Source: Macrostomum lignano
Taxonomy: Eukaryota
Direction of reading: 5' to 3'
DNA: 64,000 nt
Assembly (NCBI GenBank): GCA_002269645.1
Contig: NIVC01001833.1
Span: forward strand, 1 to 64,000
In this document: positions 32,380 through 64,000 of the stretch, in pieces
Layout of the letters: every line of letters starts with the position of its first letter
How positions within the stretch are numbered: the stretch's first letter is position 1
Program-made: the position numbers and the translations under genes
The notes under the pieces: generated by a model
Database searches by the model: none
What the model saw: the letters and a program-made list of their open reading frames with translations, nothing else
Told to the model about the DNA's origin: nothing

Positions 32380-34740
32380 AGATGAGATCAGATAGGAGAG
32401 ATTAAAGAGGAGAAAGGAGAGATGAGAAAGCAGAGACGAGAAATGAGACAGTAGAGCTAGAACAGAGGAGAGAGGAGAGGGAAGAGATTATAGAGACGAG
32501 TGGAGAGTGAAGAGAAATATGTGAGAGCAGACATGAGAGACAATGGGAGAGAAGTGGAGTGAAGGAGAAAGGAGAATAAAGGGGGAGAATCGAGAGGACA
32601 GGAAGAGAGGGGAAGGGAGAGAAGAGAGATGAGAGGAAATAGAAGAATGGAGAAGGGAGAGAGTAGAAAGGAGAAGAGAGATGGGAGAGCAGGAGAGATG
32701 AGAGGGAGGAGAGAGTAGAGAGGGGAGGTGAAAGAGTAAAGGGGAGAAAGTTGAGAGAAGAGTTGGGAGAGTTGGGAAAAAAGAGGAGAGATGTTAAAGG
32801 AGAGTACAGATGAGAGATGAGAGAGAGGAGATAAGACAGGAAAGACAGGGTCGAGATGATAGAGGAGAGAGAATTGAGAATTTCGCACTGACCTACGAGG
32901 TGCGAACAAACACGAGAAATCAAACTGAAATGTGCTAATTTTAACAGTCCCAGACTTCCATTGTTCCTACAAAATTTTAAACAGCGGGGCAGGACCTCCT
33001 GCGGGGCAGACCCATGGAAATTTTTCCGGTTTCCAAGATAATATTGACTTATAGGGAATAAACACATACCGTACGAGCTCAAATTTGAGCTCAAAGTTCG
33101 AGCTCAAATCCTAGATATTTAAACATCGCCACATGAGAACGGAGTCACAACATAGTTTGAATATGATGGAAAGCGCACGTAAATAAGCGAAAAGCGGTAT
33201 CCAACGGGGCAACACGAGCAATCTTTCAATACGCTAATTGGGAGGGGATTAAGCAATCACGGGCTGACTACCATTCTGCCACTCAGCGGGGGTCGAACAG
33301 GAGACTAACTCCTAATAAATAAATTTTCTCAGTCCTATAATCTTTAATGACATGACACGGCCTTCACACATGGGGCTCCAAGGCCTCCATGCTCCTTCCA
33401 GTGATTTTTTTAGAATAGTCTTTGGCTCTTAGCAAAGAGCAAAGAGAGAGCAAAGATGAAAGAGAAGAAAGGTGAGGGAAGATCGACGAGAGAAGATGGG
33501 AGAGAGGAGATAGGAAAGAAGAGAAGAGAAGAGAGAGAGAGAAGAGAGAGGAAACAAAAGAGAAGATAGAGTTTCAAAGGATCCGAGGGACATAGAGAGA
33601 GACAGGAGGCCAGAGATTTTGCCGATACATGTTTTCGAAAGACAAGTTTTTGTTTGAGTATGACTTCAGATTTTAGAACTAGATATAAGCTGAGCTGAGA
33701 GAGAAGATGAAAGTAGAGGCTGAGAGTAGAGAGAGGCTGAGAGCAGAGAGGGGCTGAGAGCAGAGAGGGGCTGAGAGCAGAGAGGGGCTGAGAGCAGAGA
33801 GGGGCTGAGAGCAGAGAGGGGCTGAGAGCAGAGAGGGGCTGAGAGTAGAGAGGGGCTGGGGATAGAGGTTGAGAGTGGATAGAGGCTGAGAGTAGAGAGA
33901 GGCTGACAGTGGAGAGGCTGAGAATAGATCGAGAGGTTGAGAGTAGAGAGGCTAGTTCACGTTGTTCTCAATCCCATTCCACTATACATGTAGTTTTTAT
34001 CTAATGTGACTAAGCCAGGTGCTTTTAGTGCAGGGGTTGGCAAACTTTTTACCTCGATTGAGAACCCAGCTCATGACTGCCCTTCTAGTCCGCTTCGTTG
34101 GCCCCCAAAGCGAAGCGAGGAGTCCTGATGACAGAGCGGGCCAGAGGTGAGGAGAGAGGGTAAGGAATAGAGAAGAGAAATACAAGCATAGGATAAAGGA
34201 GAGGCGAAGGAATAAAGGAGAAGAGAGTTGATGAGAGGAGAGTTTATATACGAGCGGAGAGAGAGGAGAAGGGAGATTAATGGAGAGGAGAAAGGAGGGA
34301 AGGGAGAAGAGAATGAAGAGGAAAAGGGAGATGATAGCAAAGAGGTGAGAAGAGAGGAGAGGATAGACATGAGGAGAAAGGAGAGGAGAGAGGTGAGGGC
34401 AGAGATGAGAGAGGAGAGGGCAGAGATGAGAGAGAGAAAAGATGAGAGGAGAGGGCAGACATGAGAGAGAAAAGATGAGAGAAGAGGGCAGACATGAGAG
34501 AGAGAATAGATGAGAGAGAGGGCAAGAGATGAGAGGAGAGGGCAGAGATGAGAGAGAGAAAGATGATACAGGAGAGGGCAGAGATGAGAGAGAAAAGAGA
34601 GAAGAGGGCAGACATGAGAGAGAATAGATAAGAGAGGAGAGGGCAGAAATGACAGAGAAAAGAAAAGAGACGAGAGTGCAGAGATGAGAGAAAAGATGAG
34701 AGACAAGAGGCACTCCAATTTTTGCTTACTTCTATCATAA
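32380..34740. repeat. AG-rich low-complexity/degenerate tandem region
   Basis: Purine-only tracts and (GGGGCTGAGAGCAGAGA)n at 33720-33860. Confidence 0.8.
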
Positions 34741-36439
34741 CTAATACCTTTACCCTCTATCTTTAACTTTTAACATATACAAACAACACGTCAGTTTTAG
34801 TATATTGAGATACGTTTGAAACTATTATCCATGATACAAAAATCAAATTTCTTGTGCTAGTAGTGCTACTAGCTTTAGTAGGTAGTAATACCTGCTGTAA
34901 AGGGAAGTGTTTTTTGTTTTACTTAGTCTAATTTCACTAACGAAATCTGTCTTCTCCGAGACTTGAAGCTACGTCATACCCCACCCCAATCACAGCCAAT
35001 AGGAAATGAGGAAATATATAGACCTATTCCTATCCAAGCAGCCATTCAGAGCTGTGGCCATCTTGGTGTGTGGCCATCTTGGTCATGCGCCATCCCGATT
35101 GGGCCACACTTCGTCATCTTAATTGGTAGTTTGTATATTTATGGTGACGATATCAACATAAAAATGGTTATTTTGATAGTCAACCTATAATTAAATAAAA
35201 ATAAACTATCTAAATGAAATAACTAGTAGTACTAACTACTACATTATGTATGTAAGATCAAGATAATTAATGATATAACTTAATTTGTAGTGTAACTAAC
35301 TAAGAAGACTGTATGCTGTATGTAATTTAAGTGTAGGCCTAAATAAATACAGTAACTAAACATAGTCTCATAGAGACACTTTTAATTTGTTGATTAAATG
35401 GCAAGTGGTAACTTATGTATGTTATGTTTGTCATCAACCTTGGCTCAATAATATTTATAACCTAATTTTTTGTTAATGCTATGGTGATTGTTTATTTATT
35501 GATTAGTAATAAAAGATCTTCAAGTTCAAATTTTTGCTACTTTTTAGGCAAACTTTTTATTTACTTTTGGCAAAAGTAGGCATGCACGATTGGCATAAAA
35601 GAGCTATTATTAAGTAGAAAAAAAGATAAAAAATCGATTTTTAAGCATAAATTTCAAGCTTTCCAGTTTAAAGAACCCAAGCATTGAAACAAATTTTTGC
35701 ATGTATCAATTTTTTAGTATGAAAAATATTGTCAAAAAAGCATAAAAATGAATCAAATTATTTTTCTAAAAGGGTCTATAATGCAATTTATAAAAAGTAA
35801 TTTATTATCACAATATAAAAAAGTTAATTTAGGCCTATTGTTGCAACACTTGCATGGTTTTGAGAATTGGCATGCACTCAATTTTTCGGCATGCATTTGT
35901 AATTATTTGATTTTTGTTTGTGCATGCACCTTGCATGATTATGGTCATGTAGGGCTATGGTTCAGATCATGTAATGTATGCCTAAAAAATTGGGAGTGCA
36001 TTGGCCTTGCATGCCAAAAATAGGCATTCACTGTTGGAATGCTGTGTATCACTCCTAAGAAAATAGTATGCATGCATACATCACGCATAGAATCACTTGG
36101 AGAAATATTGTAAATAGAAAAAAAGTTTGTTTTTAATCTTAGATGGCAATGTCCTCGTTTCTTGCATTAAAATATTTTAACCCAAAATTTGAAACAAACA
36201 AACAAAAGCATGTTTATTCAAGATTTAAAACAAGTCTTAGGTCTTAAAATGAGTATTACAGAGTATAGTAATGTGTCAATCAGTACAGAAAGTTGCCAAA
36301 GCTCTATTTTGGGTAGAATCAGCAACAGAGAAATTTGCTAAGGTAGGAGTCAAAAAGGTTGTCACTGGTGCCATGCTGACTACAAAACTTTGCCTTCACA
36401 TGGTGTAGGTGCCTTCAAAGGTATTCTCAAGGGAGTACG

Positions 36440-37850
36440 ACGTTTGCTTGCCGAACTTTGCTTGCAGGAATTTTACTTGCCAAACTTTGCTTGCCGAAGT
36501 TTGCTTGCGGAATTTTGCTTGCCGAGGTTTGCTTGCCAAACTTTGCTTGCGGAATTTTGCTTGCGGCTCATTCCATATAAGATGGACATATTTGGAAAAT
36601 AGAAAAAAGTCAATATTCTTTGCTTGCCATTGCCTAATTAGCCTATTTTTTTACCAAATGTTTATATTGTGCAATATATACAATCTAAGAATAAAGGAAT
36701 GGTAAAATGTTGGATTAGTATGTTATCAATTGGCAAAAAGTCATTTTTGTAAAAATTTGGACATTTTTCGAAGCAAAAGACATCATTAAGATTTTGTACC
36801 TTTTAAAAACAAATAGAAAGCTTTTGAAGGTTGAAACAAACTATAGATAAAAGTATAGTACTTGCATCATCAGATAAAAGCATTGGTGACCAAATAATCT
36901 ATTATATTTTTAATGTATTAGTACCTCAAAGTTACTGAATTGACAGAAAAAAATATGTTACGACCATAATGTTACGACCATAAGGCTGCCTTTTCTTTTG
37001 TATCTTTGTTGCCTTTTGAGTTTATATATTCTAATAAAAGAGTATGATTTCTAAAGATGTTCTTAGTCAAATTTTAAAAATGTATTGCAAAATATCGAAA
37101 ATGAAAAATGTTATAAGACTTTTACCTTTTAGTTTCTATGTCAAAAATCCTGTCGTTACGACCATAAGTGTCATTTAAGGTTTAATAGCATCTATACTAA
37201 TGATGATATCTATATGAAACTCTATAAATATATTCTAAACAAAATAATCTTTCATTTAAAATATTGGTTTAGTATATTCTATTATTAAATTTCATTTTAT
37301 AAGTAAAAATAACCTGTCATGTTACGACCATGCTTATATGGAATGAGCCAATAGTGTAAATCTTTTTAGTTCCTGATTTCAGCACTGAGCAGGATGATAA
37401 TTGTAGTGATGCTAATAAATACTAATATTAATTGTATAGATATGTAAACAAACTTGGACTAGCAGATTTGCACGAGTACTAGTAGTAGTGTACTTGTCAC
37501 CGAGGAACGAAAGCTAAAATAGAACCCAAAGTTCCGTGGAGGTAACGAGCGTTACATTATTATACAAATTATTATAAAATCGAAATTAAAGCAAAATTCG
37601 GCAATCAAAGTTCGGCAGGCAAAATTCCGCAAGCAAACTTCGGCAAGCTTATGTGCAGCAAGCAAATTTCCTGCAAGCAAAATTCGGCAAGCAAAATTCG
37701 GCAAGCAAAGTTCGACAAGCAAAGCTCGGCAAGCAAAATTCCGCAAGCAAAAGTCCCGCAAGCAAACTTCGGCAAGCAAAATTCCGCAAGCAAAAGTCCC
37801 GCAAGCAAACTTCGGCAAGCAAACTTCTCACAAGCAAATTTCATAGACCC
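36440..37850. mobile_element. foldback-type element with inverted arrays of a ~14-bp subrepeat (TTTTGCTTGCCGAA)
   Basis: The array at 36440-36564 and its reverse-complement array at 37590-37835; exact termini unclear. Confidence 0.5.
36565..37349. mobile_element. MITE with 17-bp TIRs (GGCTCATTCCATATAAG)
   Basis: Perfect inverted repeats at 36565-36581 and 37333-37349, with internal TGTTACGACCAT repeats; no TSD seen. Confidence 0.6.
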
Positions 37851-39029
37851 ATTCTCAATAACTGATCTCAAAGTCACAAAGGTTGGCCAATAGCTACAAA
37901 TTGGCAAGAGGTAAGATATTTATAGGCACTTAAGGTTGTCTAGCCATGATTTATGCTGAAAATAATGAAAATCGGGTCAAAATAATTTAATGTAGGAAAC
38001 TAGGACATTGCTACATAAATTAAGTTAATTTTTCTTTATACTTGTAATGAAGCATTTAAACAAATTTTTGTGTGTATTGATTTTTCTACTATAAATAGCA
38101 TCACCAAAAAAGTGTCAATTAACCATATTATTTACCAATTTCTAAAGGTCCATTATGCAATTTAAGGTCATTTATTGTCACAATGCTAGTGTAGTTTTAA
38201 GAATGGGTATGCACTTAAATTTTTTGGCATGCATTTGTAATTTTATTCAATTTTTATTTTTTTGGGATATATAGTGCACTAGAAAGATAGCACATGCTTG
38301 AAGGGTAGCGCATAGAAGACATTGTTTACTCTATAGTGTATTGAAAAGTAGCTCACTAGATATGTCTTAATGAAAATATATTAGCAGAATGAGTATTTAA
38401 AAGAAAAATTTATTTAGAAAATTCTATATGTGGAGGTATACACTGATGGACCATTGCCGCACTACAAATCTCTATTATCCCCCTTCTAAGCAATTGGCAA
38501 TTGGCATATTCCACTAGCATTTCTGCAAGATGCTTAGAATGCAGTGTGTTTTGCTTGGCCTAATTTATCTCTAGTTATTTTATTATCCTATATAACAGAA
38601 TAGATAATGTGATTATATGACCAACAACTAAAATAATGTCAATTCATATGTCATTTTAGTCATACCTTTAGTAGTTAAAATATTTCTAACTTTGCTAAAA
38701 ATAGAGGGTATAAACAATGAAAATGGTAGATAAGACCATTAAAAATGCTATGAGTAAGTGGAGACTTTATAATTGCATAATTTCACTGCATTTAAATACC
38801 TAAGATAGCCTTTAAAAATAATTTTTTCTAGCAATCAACCTTGTTGGATATTTATGACATAATTGTTTACTTTATTAAATGGAAAAAATGTGTCTATTAA
38901 TGACTAATTTTATTTCTTTGTTTTTGCAATTCAATCTATAAATTAACTCTTTTTAGCATTCTCTTTCTAAAGCTATTATGGTCACTCTATGAAGATTAAA
39001 CTTAGTATTTAACTGAAAATTGAAAGAAA

Positions 39030-62994
<23,965 letters not shown>

Positions 62995-63114
62995 GTGTTT
63001 TTTGCCGCTTAATAATTTGTTTACCAAAATTTAGTCAGGGAAATGCTAAAACTTATTTATTTTGTATGATTGTGCTAAAAGTTCTTCCTGAAGGCCGAGG
63101 GAAATTCCCCATGC

Positions 63115-63600
63115 AAACTGGCACCCATCCCCGCAAAAGTGGCACCCATCCCCCGCAAAAGTGGCACCCATCCCCCGCAAAAGTGGCACCCATCCCCGCA
63201 AAAGTGGCACCCATCCCCCGGAAAAGTGGCACTCATCCCCCGGAAAAGTGGCACTCATCCCCCGCAAAAGTGGCACCCATCCCCCGCAAAAGTGGCACCC
63301 ACCCCCCGCAAAAGTGGCACCCATCCCCCGGAAAAGTGGCACTCATCCCCCGGAAAAGTGGCACTCATCCCCCGCAAAAGTGGCACCCATCCCCCGCAAA
63401 AGTGGCACCCACCCCCGCAAAAGTGGCACCCATCCCCCCAAAAGTGGCACCCTTCCCCCCAAAAGTGGCACCCATCCCCCCCCCAAAAGTATCACCCATC
63501 CCCCGCAAAAGTGGCACCCATCCCCCGCAAAAGTGGCACCCATCCCCCCCCCCAAAAGTGGCACCCATCCCCCGCAAAAGTGACACCCATCCCCCACAAA
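63115..63600. repeat. 21-22-bp minisatellite (GCAAAAGTGGCACCCATCCCC)
   Basis: Direct reading. Confidence 0.92.
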
Positions 63601-64000
63601 AACGGCACCCCTCCCACGCAAAACGGCACCCCTCCTCGCAAAAACGGCACCCCTCCCAACGCAAAACGGCACCCCTCTTACGCAAAAACGGCACCCCTCC
63701 TAATAAAAAATTGGACTCACCCTAAGAAATATGCCACTCAACACACAGAAATGGCACTCTCACTATAAAAGACACCCTCCCCGACACAAAAAATGACAAA
63801 CTTTCATAGTTACCCGCTTTGATAAAGATGAATTATGATTTGGCCTCCATTTTAGCCACCTCTTTTGACTTGCTATAAGACTTCAATAGCCCTATAGAAT
63901 GATTCGTTTGGTGTTATTAGGGTCTAAAATTTTGTTTAACTTTGCAATTGTAAGTCTTGGTCTTGTTTTAAGTCGTTTTTTATTCATTTAGTAGAGATTT

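Larger units (their letters stand above)
30774..35084. mobile_element. Mutator/MULE-like non-autonomous element relic
   Basis: Perfect 35-bp inverted repeats GACCAAGATGGCCACACACCAAGATGGCCACAGCT (30774-30808 and 35050-35084) enclose a PHD-FLYWCH ORF; TSD not identified. Confidence 0.6.

Noticed and set aside
34031-34050. hAT terminus CAGGGGTTGGCAAAC (and CAGGGTTTTC at ~31822)
   Set aside because: No partner TIR or TSD located.

Overview
Eukaryotic, intron-rich animal genomic DNA. The minisatellite-stuffed introns suggest a flatworm such as Macrostomum; this is inference and was not checked. Bases 1-8985 are the right-hand part of an AT-rich Polinton/Maverick (adintovirus-like) endogenous viral element. 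It carries a protein-primed DNA polymerase B (3273-7017, split by two 1-bp homopolymer deletions), adenovirus pX-like and pVI-like core-protein genes, a frameshifted L-type-lectin-like gene and several small ORFs, and it has a highly structured end finishing in ...ATACTACT. The element has inserted into, and truncated, the transposase ORF of an EnSpm/CACTA-like transposon (8986-13499), which also carries a divergent 6-exon DUF4806-like gene. Host genes downstream are an orphan PSMC3/Rpt5 exon, a 2-exon Rac/Cdc42-family GTPase, a 6-exon API5 (minus strand, one 1-bp frameshift) and a 9-exon FERM-PDZ-PTP gene (PTPN3/PTPN4-like, 39030-62994). These are interspersed with MITEs, a PHD-FLYWCH MULE-like relic and many tandem arrays. 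The most novel-looking signal is a set of three GC-rich ~28-nt twin mini-hairpin cassettes. They share one architecture with compensatory base changes and all sit in the same reading phase inside the viral polymerase. A racket-shaped foldback at the element terminus is the next most striking feature. All family calls are by motif recognition from memory; no database searches were run.
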